Positions 38,982-48,737 of a stretch of DNA of 64,000 bases are shown piece by piece. Where the stretch lies: positions 313,223 through 377,222 of the forward strand of contig OZ253461.1 in NCBI GenBank assembly GCA_965261615.1. Reading direction: 5' to 3'. The notes beneath the pieces were generated by a model. That model was not told the origin of the DNA and made no database searches. It worked only from the letters and a program-made list of their open reading frames with translations. Source of the DNA: Alphaproteobacteria bacterium (GTDB taxonomy: Bacteria > Pseudomonadota > Alphaproteobacteria > Bin98). Both the position numbers and the translations under genes were made by a program. The stretch's first letter is position 1. The number at the start of each line of letters is the position of its first letter.

Positions 38982-41900
38982 ATGCAGATGTGTATGTTTA
39001 TTATTTTAAGTTTAAGTTGTTTGGCGCTTGATGTGCCTGAGGTGGGTTTGGGTGCTCTGCAAGATGCAATTAGCCAGAGTATGCCTCAGGGCACTACCCT
39101 TGAGCAATGTGTTGCAGACTACAAAAAAGATGGCTGGCAGTGTACGGCAGCTTTAGCGAGTGCAGCAGCGAACTTTTCTGGGGACAAAGAGGAGCTGTGG
39201 GAGACCAATAGGGATGTGCTTGGTTTTTTGTCGCACTGCCAGGGGGTTTATTTAAAAAAAGCACGCGTGCTGTTGCAAAAGTGTAAGCCACTGTCTTTCT
39301 GGATGCTCAACAGTAACATGCCTGTTATTAGCGCCATAAAGAGGGTGAAGGCAGTATGTGATAAGGTTATCTGCGTAAGCCGTTTTCCTCAGCATGACTG
39401 GTGGGGTGGCCAAGATGAGACCTCGATGGAAGCCTTCCATGCAGGGCTTCTTCAGCTAGACTCATGCCGTGTGGACGGCCAGTGGAGCGTAGAGGGCTTA
39501 GAGCTGCTGCCGAGCTGTAATATGGATGACATTTGGGAGGAGCTTTTGCTTGCAGTCAGCATGCGAGGGTCGTCAGGTGACTTTTATCAAATATCGGATA
39601 CTGTGACGTTCATGGAAAAGCGACATGTTAGTAGAGAGAGTATAGCCCTCTTCTGTTTGAGATATGCAGACATAGTTTGTCTTAGTGATCTGAGATCATT
39701 TGAACCAAGCAATCGTGAAGGGCACCAAGGCTCAACCTTTCGTAAATTTTATGATGGAGAGGACATAGCGTTTTTTATGCAAGATTTGTTTGCCTGCATG
39801 CAAGCACCGCATATAGGTGAGGAGAGGCCAAAAACAAACTATATTCTTCAGTACCTGCGCTTTTTATCCTGGGGAAATAAGGGTGATTTTTGGTGCAGCT
39901 TCCGATCTTTGCAAAAATGTGAAGAGCTTGAACCAAGTAACTCTATCGTATCTTCTTTTGTACAAGATGCTTGGGATTACCTTGTAGGAGGGGTGTTTGC
40001 AAACCCATCCTCTTACACTCAGAAGACGCACCTGAAGCGGTGCATACAAGCGCATAAAAAAGAGGAGTTCATGCCGAGTTCTACATTTGTGAAAGAACTC
40101 CAGAACCTTGATTTGACGCAAGAGGAAGAGTTTCTGCAAAAAGACAGGGAACTTTATGACTTTTTAAAAAGCTTCCAGGATCAAGTTTTTTCTAGAGCAG
40201 TGGCGTGTTTAGAAGCATTTGCACCACTATCTCATTGGGTACGAAAGGTGAACTTGCCTGTGTGCCGTGCTGTACTGTCTATGTATACCTGCGTGCGGGA
40301 GTGGCAACATCGCCTTGGAGAAGGCGCGGACCCTTGGAGCGACCAACCTCAAATGCAAACAGTGAAAACATTGAATGCCGCGCTTGTTCATCTGGGTTCA
40401 TATTATGCAAGTCATGCAAGTGATAAATGGGCTCATGTTACCCTAGATCTTATGCCGCCCTGCGATATCAGTGCTATTTGGGAGGAGATTTCGCTGCAAG
40501 CATGGAATGCTGGTCTGTCAGGGGACTTTGCGGCGGTAAAGGAAACAGTCTCGTTTATGGAACAGAAGGGTGTTAAAGCAAGCACTATAGCTCTTTTGTG
40601 TATGCGATACGCAGATCTAGTTCGCATTCATAATTTGCCAAAATTTGTCGTGAAATATACGGTGGGGGATTACCATACAACGTTTTATAAGTTTTATAAT
40701 GGAGAAAATATAGATTGTTTCATAGGGCGCTTGCTTGAAGCTGCAAAAGATAGGCGGGTCCATGATACCAAAGAGCTTGTTCTGAACTATATGCTGTTTT
40801 TACAATGGAAAGGTGGACTTAATTGGTGGAGTTTTTTTCGGGCTTTGCAAAAATGTGAAGAAAATTTGTCTTTTGAGGACGCAAATCATAAAAGAGTGCA
40901 GCATTGCTTGGCGCAGGTGTGGGGACAACTTGTGGGAACTTTGGATGAGGACCCCTCGGACCAGACTCCGGGTACTTTTATTAAAAGAGTTACTCGAAAA
41001 GGAGTTGCCTTTGAGTCCAGCCCTTTGCTCTTAAATGTGGCTGTAGACCTTCCCAAGGATGAGGTTGCGGGGCTTTTGCAAACAGAAGCGGAGCTTTGTA
41101 AGTTTTTAATGCGCTTTCAACAGCAGTTTTTGGATCAAGCAGAGCAGGCTCTAGAAGCATTTGCTCCAATTTCTAAGTTTATGTTAAGCTACGACAGCCC
41201 AGAGTGCCGTGCTGTAATATCCTTGTATCATAAGGTTTTGAAGCTATCTCCGCGTCAGGGCCTATCTTGGGATCGAGTTGCCACAAATGACGACTTGGAA
41301 AGCGTTGTGGGTGCGCTGCTTCAAGTAGAAAAGGTGGCTAATTCATCAGAGAAAGGTGCCTTTTACCTGCCGGGCAGTATGGAAGGGTGTGGTATGGACG
41401 GTATCTGGGAGGAGTTTTTAGACACTAGTCTTAGCGGAACATTGTGCGACTTTTCTGATTTAGTGTGCTTAATGGAAAGAAGGCGTGTGAGTGCGGCGAA
41501 AATAGCGCGTTATTGTCTTCGTCATGCTGTAAATATTGCTCAAAAGAGCAATCGAGGATTTTTGGCAAACGTCGGATATGTTTATCCGGATCGTTGGAGG
41601 AAAATGGACAAAAATGACACAGTGTATTGCTTTTTCTATGGTAAAAATATAGCTGAATTTATTCAGCTTCTGATCACAAGTCATGGTTCGGACACAGAAG
41701 AGACTAGACGTAATTTGTTGGATTATCAACAATATCTAACGTGGAAAGGTCAAGTTAATTGGTGGGAGTTTATCGATGGCTTGTTGTGTAATGGCTTTAG
41801 CTATAATGATAATCCAGAGGTCTTTGCTCCAGTATGTAGCCTGTTAAAAAGAGAAGGATCTACTTTAGAGAATGCTCTTGATCACCTTTGTTTCCTTGGA

Positions 41901-42662
41901 GGTTTGGAAGTTGATGGGCAGACTAAGCATGAAGCTATTGAGAGTTTGTTGATATGGCTGGGAGACTCTCATGAAGGAATTTCTGCTATATGGAAAAGGG
42001 GAGGCCGCGTGCGTAATGTGACAAAGCTGCACCTTGAGGCGCTGATAAGCCGTGTAGATACGTTAAGCGAATGTAAATCAGAAAGGTTCTATAACTGTGT
42101 TGTGCAGAGTGTGCCGTCAAGGGGGATGTTTCAGTCGCGCGTTGACACACGTGACTTGCCGGAAGGTCTTTATAAGCGGGTGATACAAGGAGAAGGTGCA
42201 ATAAGGTTTATTGCTGATATGCTGGATGCGGGGGGACAGAGCGGAGAAAGAGGTCGGTCTGAAAGAAATGCTCAGGCGTATTTAAAGTACTTGTCGCCAC
42301 AGCTGTCTGCGGAGGATCTTTTGGGGATGTTGGCTCAAGTGCCTGATCATGTAAACGATTGCTCCTTTGTATCTGGTTTGATTTGGATAGAGATTGCCCA
42401 AAAGAGGGGGGTTAAAGAGAGCAGTCTTCTGTCATATTTGCAATTTTTGATAGGGCACGCGTCGCTTGACTGGTCTTATGCGGAAAAAGAAATCCAACAG
42501 GTGTGTGGTTATTTGCGAGCGTTTGGGGACGCAAGGTTTACGTTATCCAATTTGGGGATAGGTGCAAATTACTTGAGTGCTGATCAGGTGAAAAGAGCTC
42601 AAGTAGCGGAACAAGAATTAGGTTCAAGTGCCCGTATCCTGGAAGGTTATGATGTCTTGTGA
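38982..42662 (+). CDS. Secreted family protein (about 1226 aa) with a three-fold internal repeat of the N-domain
   Basis: Consensus promoter TTGACA(38929–38934)-17-TACATT(38952–38957). Signal 'IILSLSCLALD'. Three successive copies of [WxCTAALA / DFLxxxQ / AFAP...P(V/E)CRAV...Y / GC.MDxIWEE / FYKFYxGExI / YLxFLxWKG..WW.F], then FYNCVVQSVP and the C-module. Confidence 0.9.
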   Translation: MQMCMFIILSLSCLALDVPEVGLGALQDAISQSMPQGTTLEQCVADYKKDGWQCTAALASAAANFSGDKEELWETNRDVLGFLSHCQGVYLKKARVLLQKCKPLSFWMLNSNMPVISAIKRVKAVCDKVICVSRFPQHDWWGGQDETSMEAFHAGLLQLDSCRVDGQWSVEGLELLPSCNMDDIWEELLLAVSMRGSSGDFYQISDTVTFMEKRHVSRESIALFCLRYADIVCLSDLRSFEPSNREGHQGSTFRKFYDGEDIAFFMQDLFACMQAPHIGEERPKTNYILQYLRFLSWGNKGDFWCSFRSLQKCEELEPSNSIVSSFVQDAWDYLVGGVFANPSSYTQKTHLKRCIQAHKKEEFMPSSTFVKELQNLDLTQEEEFLQKDRELYDFLKSFQDQVFSRAVACLEAFAPLSHWVRKVNLPVCRAVLSMYTCVREWQHRLGEGADPWSDQPQMQTVKTLNAALVHLGSYYASHASDKWAHVTLDLMPPCDISAIWEEISLQAWNAGLSGDFAAVKETVSFMEQKGVKASTIALLCMRYADLVRIHNLPKFVVKYTVGDYHTTFYKFYNGENIDCFIGRLLEAAKDRRVHDTKELVLNYMLFLQWKGGLNWWSFFRALQKCEENLSFEDANHKRVQHCLAQVWGQLVGTLDEDPSDQTPGTFIKRVTRKGVAFESSPLLLNVAVDLPKDEVAGLLQTEAELCKFLMRFQQQFLDQAEQALEAFAPISKFMLSYDSPECRAVISLYHKVLKLSPRQGLSWDRVATNDDLESVVGALLQVEKVANSSEKGAFYLPGSMEGCGMDGIWEEFLDTSLSGTLCDFSDLVCLMERRRVSAAKIARYCLRHAVNIAQKSNRGFLANVGYVYPDRWRKMDKNDTVYCFFYGKNIAEFIQLLITSHGSDTEETRRNLLDYQQYLTWKGQVNWWEFIDGLLCNGFSYNDNPEVFAPVCSLLKREGSTLENALDHLCFLGGLEVDGQTKHEAIESLLIWLGDSHEGISAIWKRGGRVRNVTKLHLEALISRVDTLSECKSERFYNCVVQSVPSRGMFQSRVDTRDLPEGLYKRVIQGEGAIRFIADMLDAGGQSGERGRSERNAQAYLKYLSPQLSAEDLLGMLAQVPDHVNDCSFVSGLIWIEIAQKRGVKESSLLSYLQFLIGHASLDWSYAEKEIQQVCGYLRAFGDARFTLSNLGIGANYLSADQVKRAQVAEQELGSSARILEGYDVL

Positions 42663-42881
42663 TTCGCGAGAAGTGACGCACATTATTGAAATAAGGGTGT
42701 ATGCCGGCTGAGCGAGTGCTCTTTTGAGTATATTAATTTTGCTAGTGGCGGTTGAATTAGTGCTGCTATTGTTTGCTGGCCTCTGCAGTCCACAGCAGAA
42801 CAACAAATGCGCATATTGTCATTGAGCCGATAGTGAGAAGAGGGTGTTTGGGTGTAGCGGGGAGGAGCAAACGATGACGCA

Positions 42882-42904
42882 GCCGTGCTTTTGCGAAGCA
42901 CGGC
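42882..42904. terminator. Conserved hairpin gccgtgctt-ttgcg-aagcacggc between convergent genes
   Basis: 9-bp perfect stem with a 5-nt loop, about 42 nt 3' of the minus-strand gene stop. An identical stem (loop ttgtg) sits at 48738–48760, in the equivalent position of the duplicated module. No U-tract follows on either strand. Confidence 0.35.
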
Positions 42905-42945
42905 GATGGTCATGGCTCAGGAAGGACTAGCTCTTCCTGAACTTC

Positions 42946-43935
42946 TTACGTGCTACGTGTCTCCAGTTTGGCTTCTACCTGTTTGATCATCTTAAATAGC
43001 TCTTGACTTTCGCCCGCATAGCCTTTCGGATGCGGTGTTGTGCTGTTGTGTGGTTTCAGGTCAATGAGAACATACTGAAGGGGTCTGTGGGCCGCTCTAG
43101 GTGGGCATGTTGGAATAGTGACATACACCATTTTGTCACCAGAATATAAGCGTTGTGCGGCTAGTTCTAAACTTGCTGGCTGCCATTCTCTAGGGAAGAA
43201 TAGGGGGGCGGCACCTTCGCATAACGCTTTGCTGCTTGAGGGTATGTCTTTGCACTCTTCTGCTTTCAATAGGAAGAGTGGGATATGTACTTCCATGAGA
43301 ATGCCCCATAGGTTTGTTTCCCATGAGACAGGTGGAAAGGAGAAATCGTTTAAAGAGGTTGGGTGTTGATCTTCTTTTGTGGCAGAGGGATTGGTGGTCT
43401 GTAGCATATGCGCTTCTTGCAAGCTCGCTTTTTGCGTATTTTGGTCGATAGTGGGTGGTGTTTCGCTACTCTGGGTTTCTGCAGTGGGCTCATGTTTTTG
43501 AATTTCCTGCATGAGCTCCTTCTCATTGGCTTCACTTTGATCTAGCATAGATTGCAGATGTTGCGCTATGGGGGGCCAGTATGTAGAGTGACGCTGTTGC
43601 TGAAGTACTTTGGAGAGTATGCGATTGTGCTGTTGCGTATTTTTTAAAAAATTTTCCACTTCTGCGACGCTCACGTTCGCCCCCTGTTCGTTCGTCCACG
43701 GTTCGTTCGCCCACTGTTCTTTCGCCCACGGTTGTGTAGCAGAGTCTGCGACGCTCACGTTCGCCCCCTGTTCGTTCGCCCACTGTTCTTTCGCCCACGG
43801 TTGTGTAGCAGAGTCTGCGACGCTCACGTTCGCCCCCTGTTCGTTCGCCCACGGTTCGTTCGCCCCCTGTTCGTTCGCCCACGGTTGTGTAGCAGAGAAA
43901 AGAGCTGATATAAATAAGATAAATAGTATAACCAT
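42946..43935 (-). CDS. Secreted protein (329 aa), family A of the minus-strand block, with an N-terminal pentapeptide-repeat region
   Basis: Signal peptide. The tract 'WANEQGANEPWANEQGANVSVADSATQP' is repeated. C-terminal half (CEGAAPLFFPREW...GDKMVYVTIP...TTPHPKGY) is about 60% identical to the 48784–49656 ORF. Confidence 0.8.
   Translation of the reverse strand: MVILFILFISALFSATQPWANEQGANEPWANEQGANVSVADSATQPWAKEQWANEQGANVSVADSATQPWAKEQWANEPWTNEQGANVSVAEVENFLKNTQQHNRILSKVLQQQRHSTYWPPIAQHLQSMLDQSEANEKELMQEIQKHEPTAETQSSETPPTIDQNTQKASLQEAHMLQTTNPSATKEDQHPTSLNDFSFPPVSWETNLWGILMEVHIPLFLLKAEECKDIPSSSKALCEGAAPLFFPREWQPASLELAAQRLYSGDKMVYVTIPTCPPRAAHRPLQYVLIDLKPHNSTTPHPKGYAGESQELFKMIKQVEAKLETRST
43650..43905 (-). 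repeat. Nested tandem repeat (15-bp subunits within 69–84-bp units, about 3 copies) encoding (W/G)ANE(Q/P) pentapeptide repeats
   Basis: Repeated 'gcgacgctcacgttcgccccctgttcgttcgcccac(t/g)gttc(t/g)ttcgcccacggttgtgtagcagagtct' units. The overlapping ORFs on both strands (GERTGGERTV..., CSFAHGSFAH...) are repeat artefacts. Confidence 0.85.
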
Positions 43936-43973
43936 AGAGGGATAGTAACCTATTTTTTCTGTATGTGCAACCG

Positions 43974-44843
43974 CTAAAGGGGTGTTTCCTCTACATGGAG
44001 GGGAGTGGCTGCTGTGTTGTGCGCATCTGGGCTAGAGATGGGTGCGGCCGGGTTGGATTGCGTCAGTAGGCTGGCCACGATTTCTTCTATATCTTGTTTT
44101 GCATCCTTAAATAATACTGCGGCTTTTTCATTGGGCATGTTTTCTTTTTTAGTTTTGGTGATCACAAAAAACAAAGGAGGATCCTGAGATCGGAAGCACG
44201 GAAAGCTTGACTGTAAGCGGATGATGGCCCATACATATTGGGCCCCTGATTCAGCTGTGTTTTTCGCCCGTTGCACACTGGCTAGTGGGCAGTCTGCTGA
44301 TATGCGTGAGTCAGCGGCGCTTTCAAAAATAGCTTTGCTTTTAGCGGGAGGTGATAAGTCCTCAGAGTCGTGATCTACAATATAAATTGGGAGCGCGATT
44401 TGTTGCACTGTGCCCCATCCATCTACCATTTTATAGTTAAGTGGAAAGCAGACGTTGTCAGGAAAAACTGGGAGAGGGAGTGGTTTTTTGTGATTGGCAT
44501 GTGCGTGTATGTGCTTGCGTAATCTTTTGTACATTTGGTCATCTTCGCCTAACTCTGGGTCTGGGAGTTTGAGAGAGGGTCGGGTTTGTTTGAGCGATGT
44601 GTGAAAAGTCTGTGTTCCCTGACGCACATCCTCTGTTGTTTTGCTAATTATGCCCTGAAGCTGAGGGTGTATTGCTGCCCAGTGCTTGGAGCTATGCTTT
44701 TGCTGTGCGCACCGACAAACTGCGCGCAAGAAGGTCGCTTTTTTTTGAAGCGCTGTGGCTTGCTCTTCTAATGATAGTTGGGACCATGGGGTGCTAGATA
44801 GCAGTGAGGTCGATACAAAAGATAAAATGATTATTTTCAACAT
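43974..44843 (-). CDS. Secreted protein (289 aa), family B of the minus-strand block
   Basis: Signal peptide. Distant paralog of the 49669–50574 ORF ('HSSKHWAAIHPQLQ' vs 'KDPHWPYATDALQ'; 'ALPIYIVDH' vs 'TIPLYIWEKG'). Confidence 0.7.
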   Translation of the reverse strand: MLKIIILSFVSTSLLSSTPWSQLSLEEQATALQKKATFLRAVCRCAQQKHSSKHWAAIHPQLQGIISKTTEDVRQGTQTFHTSLKQTRPSLKLPDPELGEDDQMYKRLRKHIHAHANHKKPLPLPVFPDNVCFPLNYKMVDGWGTVQQIALPIYIVDHDSEDLSPPAKSKAIFESAADSRISADCPLASVQRAKNTAESGAQYVWAIIRLQSSFPCFRSQDPPLFFVITKTKKENMPNEKAAVLFKDAKQDIEEIVASLLTQSNPAAPISSPDAHNTAATPLHVEETPL

Positions 44844-45006
44844 ATTTGATTATATAATATTTTTGTCGGAAATAAAGTTTTTGGTTTTAGTGTGTTCTTA
44901 AGCTTCGCGTGGCATATGCGAAGTATGGGCTATTTTGATATCGGTGAACGATGTTTTTACAAAAAGCTTGAGACCGTTTGCGCAGGACAAGGGCACGAAC
45001 CTGTCG

Positions 45007-47283
45007 CTATGCAGAAAGCGAGTGGGGACAAGGATTCTGTCGCTGAAATGTGGTGGTAGGCGTACAGCCGCACTGCAGTGTTGCCAAGCTATATGATTTG
45101 GTGCTGCATGGTATGTCAGAGCTTGTGCGGGTAAACTCACGTAAATTAACGCCCGCCCAACCTTCAAAAGCGCGTGTACTGCTTACGTTAAAGAATTGAC
45201 GAAAACAGCAGTATTGGGTGTGGTCCTCGGATAAAATAAAGGCGATAATTTTCAGAAATTCGAGATGCATTGAGCAGGTAGCTTCTGTTATCGAGGGAGC
45301 GCTAATGAGAAGGGTTTGGTGGAGCGCGTCATATGAAAAACTGCAAAAGGGGTACGGTGTATGGGATACGTAGACTGAGCATGTGTGCGGTGGTGCTGCG
45401 GGTACTGGAGCTACCCCTGTGCGATAGGTGATTTCGAAACGTGCATCGTTTTGATCCGGAGCTTGGGGAACAGAGCTGCTTGGATCAAATAAGTCTACGC
45501 GGGTGCGCGGCGTGTAGGGTGGTCTTTGCACATCAAGGCAGAGGGCTTGGACAAGGTGCTTTTGATTGTTGTTGAGCATAAATGCGTGGCGATTAAAGTG
45601 GGAGTTGAGAGGAGCTTTTTGGGAGTAAATGTTGGCATAGCAAAGAGCAGCATCTTTGTGGAAGGGAGCGGAGTTGTATTTAGCTTGGTAAAACTCCTTT
45701 TGTGAAGGGCATGAATCAGTGGCCTGCGTGACTTCCTGAGAGGTTTGTCCTAAAGATATAAAGCTGGCTTCTAAAGCACCGGCTTGCGAAGAGTGGAAAA
45801 GAACGCCAGCGCGCTCGATTTTATGTTTAAAGAGGATTGCTTGTACGGGTTGGTTGCGTTTAATGGTAGTGTTGGCTGCTTGTCGTGCCTGCTCTGGAAG
45901 GTTGTCAAAAACCTCTTTGCTGGTGTAAGTGTCTTCTTGTGTGTATGTGCGAAACTGCAAGTGTGGCTCTATGAAGTCTAGTAAATTTTGTGTGGTTTTG
46001 TCCAAATGCCAGGTGAATGCGGGGTTTTCTAGGAAAGCTTGTTCGGCGGTCTCTGCCATTATACTTTCCAAATCTGGGTCGGGGAAGTTAGTGTATAAGA
46101 AAATTTTTTGAAGAGCATCCTTTACAGAGCAACATAATGTGGGGATACCACGACATTCATGAAGATTGCTAAAAATAAACAGAACCTCAAGGAGGCGCTC
46201 GTAAAGGCGGGAGGTGTCATTTAATAGATTTTGCTGAATATAGTTGAGGGCGCCGTTGGCTATGACAGAGAGAACAGAGCTTTTTGATGGCTGGTTGTGT
46301 GTGAAAGCAAGGTCGAGAGTACTGCTGAAATTGTAGCGATTTTGCGCATGGTTTAAGTCATGTACGAATCTTCCGGATAAGCCCCATACTGTTGTTTCAT
46401 GTGCTGTAGCTGCATAGGCATCCTCGGAGATGATTTGAGGTAGGGAGGAAAGCTGTATGTTTTCTGAAAGGGCGATGGAGTCATCAATCATGGGAAAGAG
46501 GCCATCTTGAGAAAAAATATACTTAGTTTCCAGGGTTTGCGCTAACTCCATCGTGCAAAAAAGCCAGGCATTTTGCATATTGATGTCTGCCGGGGGATCT
46601 ATGCGATCTACGGAGCTTAACAGGATAGCGCGTATTGGGTCAGCACATTTTTCCAAGAGGTCTGTTAATTTTTTGCGGCTTCCACAAGCTTCTGGCAACT
46701 CTGATTTGCTATAGAGAATTCCTGGCTCTGACAGGGTGCGTAGATGCCGAGCTAGAGATTGCTTTGAGCTGATGTAAAGAACGGTGGGTGGGGCCGGTAA
46801 ATCTAACAATGATGAGAGCTCCTGTATGACTGCTGAGTTGTTCCAGGTGGCTAGTTGATGGAAATAGTCGTCGATGATTTTTAAAAGAAAGTATATTGTA
46901 AAGTTTGTGATGGCGATATTAGAGTGTAGGGCGTGCCGTGTTGCGCGGGAGAGGAATGCGTAATTGTCGTCGGGCTGTTCTTTGCTAAAAGAACGGATAA
47001 TGACATTAAGGTGCGTGCTAACTTGCCGCAGATTTAAAATGTAAGGGTTTCCCAAAAAGTGGGTAGACTTATGTGCGTCGATGGCCTTTTGCCCAATTGT
47101 GATAAGGCGTGATAAGGCTTCTTGAGGGGAGGAAAGGGAGTGTGGCAAGCTTTGGCGTTTTTTGGCAAACTCTTCTGGTGATGGTGTGCGATCTTGACCC
47201 CATATAATTTCTGAAACACTGCAATTTCCGGAGGTGCTGACCACAAGCGCGTAAACAGAAAATATAATAATAAATTTCAACAC
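45007..47283 (-). CDS. Large secreted protein (758 aa), unknown function
   Basis: Long ORF with N-terminal signal peptide MLKFIIIFSVYALVVSTSG. No recognisable motifs. Confidence 0.75.
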   Translation of the reverse strand: MLKFIIIFSVYALVVSTSGNCSVSEIIWGQDRTPSPEEFAKKRQSLPHSLSSPQEALSRLITIGQKAIDAHKSTHFLGNPYILNLRQVSTHLNVIIRSFSKEQPDDNYAFLSRATRHALHSNIAITNFTIYFLLKIIDDYFHQLATWNNSAVIQELSSLLDLPAPPTVLYISSKQSLARHLRTLSEPGILYSKSELPEACGSRKKLTDLLEKCADPIRAILLSSVDRIDPPADINMQNAWLFCTMELAQTLETKYIFSQDGLFPMIDDSIALSENIQLSSLPQIISEDAYAATAHETTVWGLSGRFVHDLNHAQNRYNFSSTLDLAFTHNQPSKSSVLSVIANGALNYIQQNLLNDTSRLYERLLEVLFIFSNLHECRGIPTLCCSVKDALQKIFLYTNFPDPDLESIMAETAEQAFLENPAFTWHLDKTTQNLLDFIEPHLQFRTYTQEDTYTSKEVFDNLPEQARQAANTTIKRNQPVQAILFKHKIERAGVLFHSSQAGALEASFISLGQTSQEVTQATDSCPSQKEFYQAKYNSAPFHKDAALCYANIYSQKAPLNSHFNRHAFMLNNNQKHLVQALCLDVQRPPYTPRTRVDLFDPSSSVPQAPDQNDARFEITYRTGVAPVPAAPPHTCSVYVSHTPYPFCSFSYDALHQTLLISAPSITEATCSMHLEFLKIIAFILSEDHTQYCCFRQFFNVSSTRAFEGWAGVNLREFTRTSSDIPCSTKSYSLATLQCGCTPTTTFQRQNPCPHSLSA

Positions 47284-47435
47284 ACCATCATTATACTATA
47301 GTGAGGTGTAAAATGCACGAAATATTTGACTAGCGCTAGGGGCAATATCTGAAGGGATGCAGCGTCTGAGAGCGCGGAGGTTCGGTAATGTGAAATCTTG
47401 CCAGCCAGTAATGAATATGGGATAATAAGGATAAT

Positions 47436-48362
47436 ATGAAATGGAGAAGCGTTGGCTGTTTTTTTGTGGTGTTGTCCCACATACTGTTTGCGAGTGATGA
47501 GGGTGTGAAGTTGGTTTCGCATAATTTGAGCATAATGACCTCGAAATCTGAGCAGGTGCACGAGGCGTCACAGTGCCACTTTGAGCTTTTATCACAAGGG
47601 CGGGATGTCCAGAGTGTGACGTTTATTTGTGATCGTTATGAGGTGACAGTAAAGGGCTCGCCTTATATTGATCAAGGTTTGTGTTCAAGTTTGGCTTATA
47701 ATGTAAGCTCATTAGTGCAATATTTTGCTGAAAATTGTAATGAATTAGGGGCGCAATCTACCTCTATTGGGCCACGAGCCATTTTACAATTAGCGGAAGT
47801 ATGCCAGAGTGCTGAGAAACAGTGGACGTTTATTGGGCCTAGACAAAGCGCAGTGCGCTTAGATATAGTAGACTGTGTTTTTTGTAAAGAGGTCTGTACG
47901 TGTCCGCCCGTCTGGGAGATACCGGCTTATAATTCCGTGTATGTTTCGGGAGATTTGACGTTTTTTAGAGAGCTGTTAAGCTCGGCTGTAAACCGCCTGC
48001 TTCAGCGGAATGAAAGCAATCACTTTGCGGGAAGTTGGGTGAGTTTTTTTTCAGCTATTTTAGCGTTGGATTACCCTGAAACAGTGAGTGTACGGGGTAT
48101 GTTTTTGAATGTTGCAAAGAGACGAAAATGTCCGTTTGTGGATGTTGGAGGTAGTTTTGAGCGCAAGAAAAGTTGGTTAGACCAAGTGTGTGCTTTAAAG
48201 CTTGCTGATGAAGATTGGAAGTGGATTAAGGAGTCTTTAGGTAGTGTGAAGCGCATGACTGCTGTATCCGCAGAAAAAGCGTGTATCAACGAGTTGCTTG
48301 CTGAGCTGCGACCGGAAAATCGTTTAGGTTTTGGGTTGTGTCGTTGTGAAAATTGGTTGTAA
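47436..48362 (+). CDS. Secreted Cys-rich protein (308 aa), unknown function
   Basis: Signal MKWRSVGCFFVVLSHILFAS. Multiple cysteines including a CxxxC pair. Transcribed divergently from the 45007–47283 gene. Confidence 0.7.
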   Translation: MKWRSVGCFFVVLSHILFASDEGVKLVSHNLSIMTSKSEQVHEASQCHFELLSQGRDVQSVTFICDRYEVTVKGSPYIDQGLCSSLAYNVSSLVQYFAENCNELGAQSTSIGPRAILQLAEVCQSAEKQWTFIGPRQSAVRLDIVDCVFCKEVCTCPPVWEIPAYNSVYVSGDLTFFRELLSSAVNRLLQRNESNHFAGSWVSFFSAILALDYPETVSVRGMFLNVAKRRKCPFVDVGGSFERKKSWLDQVCALKLADEDWKWIKESLGSVKRMTAVSAEKACINELLAELRPENRLGFGLCRCENWL

Positions 48363-48737
48363 CGTAGATCTTGAGCCTTTTTGAGATGAAGGTTTGTATT
48401 GCGTCTGAGAGCGCTTGCGCCTGGCTGTAAAAATCAAGTCAATGTTCTATTTCTTTTGGGGTTTGGGAAAATCACTTAATAAACATAGAACGATGCATAA
48501 GCTTTGCTATGGTCAAAACATAGATTCTTTTATTGTGTAGTTAATCGAAATCAGCGGGATTTTATGGGAAGAGCTGTAGTAGAAGTAACCCGATATTTTG
48601 AGTGTTTAAGCTGTAGAAGGCAAGTGAATTGGTGGGGATTTGTGCTGGGTGGAGCATAACGAAAAGGATAGGGATTTGCTCTGTAAGGTGAATGTAGAGC
48701 TAGGGAGGCAAAAAGCTGCTGGTGTTAGTGTGACGCA

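Noticed and set aside
43532-43945. ORFs encoding 'GERTGGERTVGERT...' (minus strand) and 'CSFAHGSFAHCSFAHGCVAE...' (plus strand).
   Set aside because: Both are alternative-frame readings of the tandem DNA repeat inside the 42946–43935 gene. Only the frame with the signal peptide and the conserved C-terminal domain is credible.
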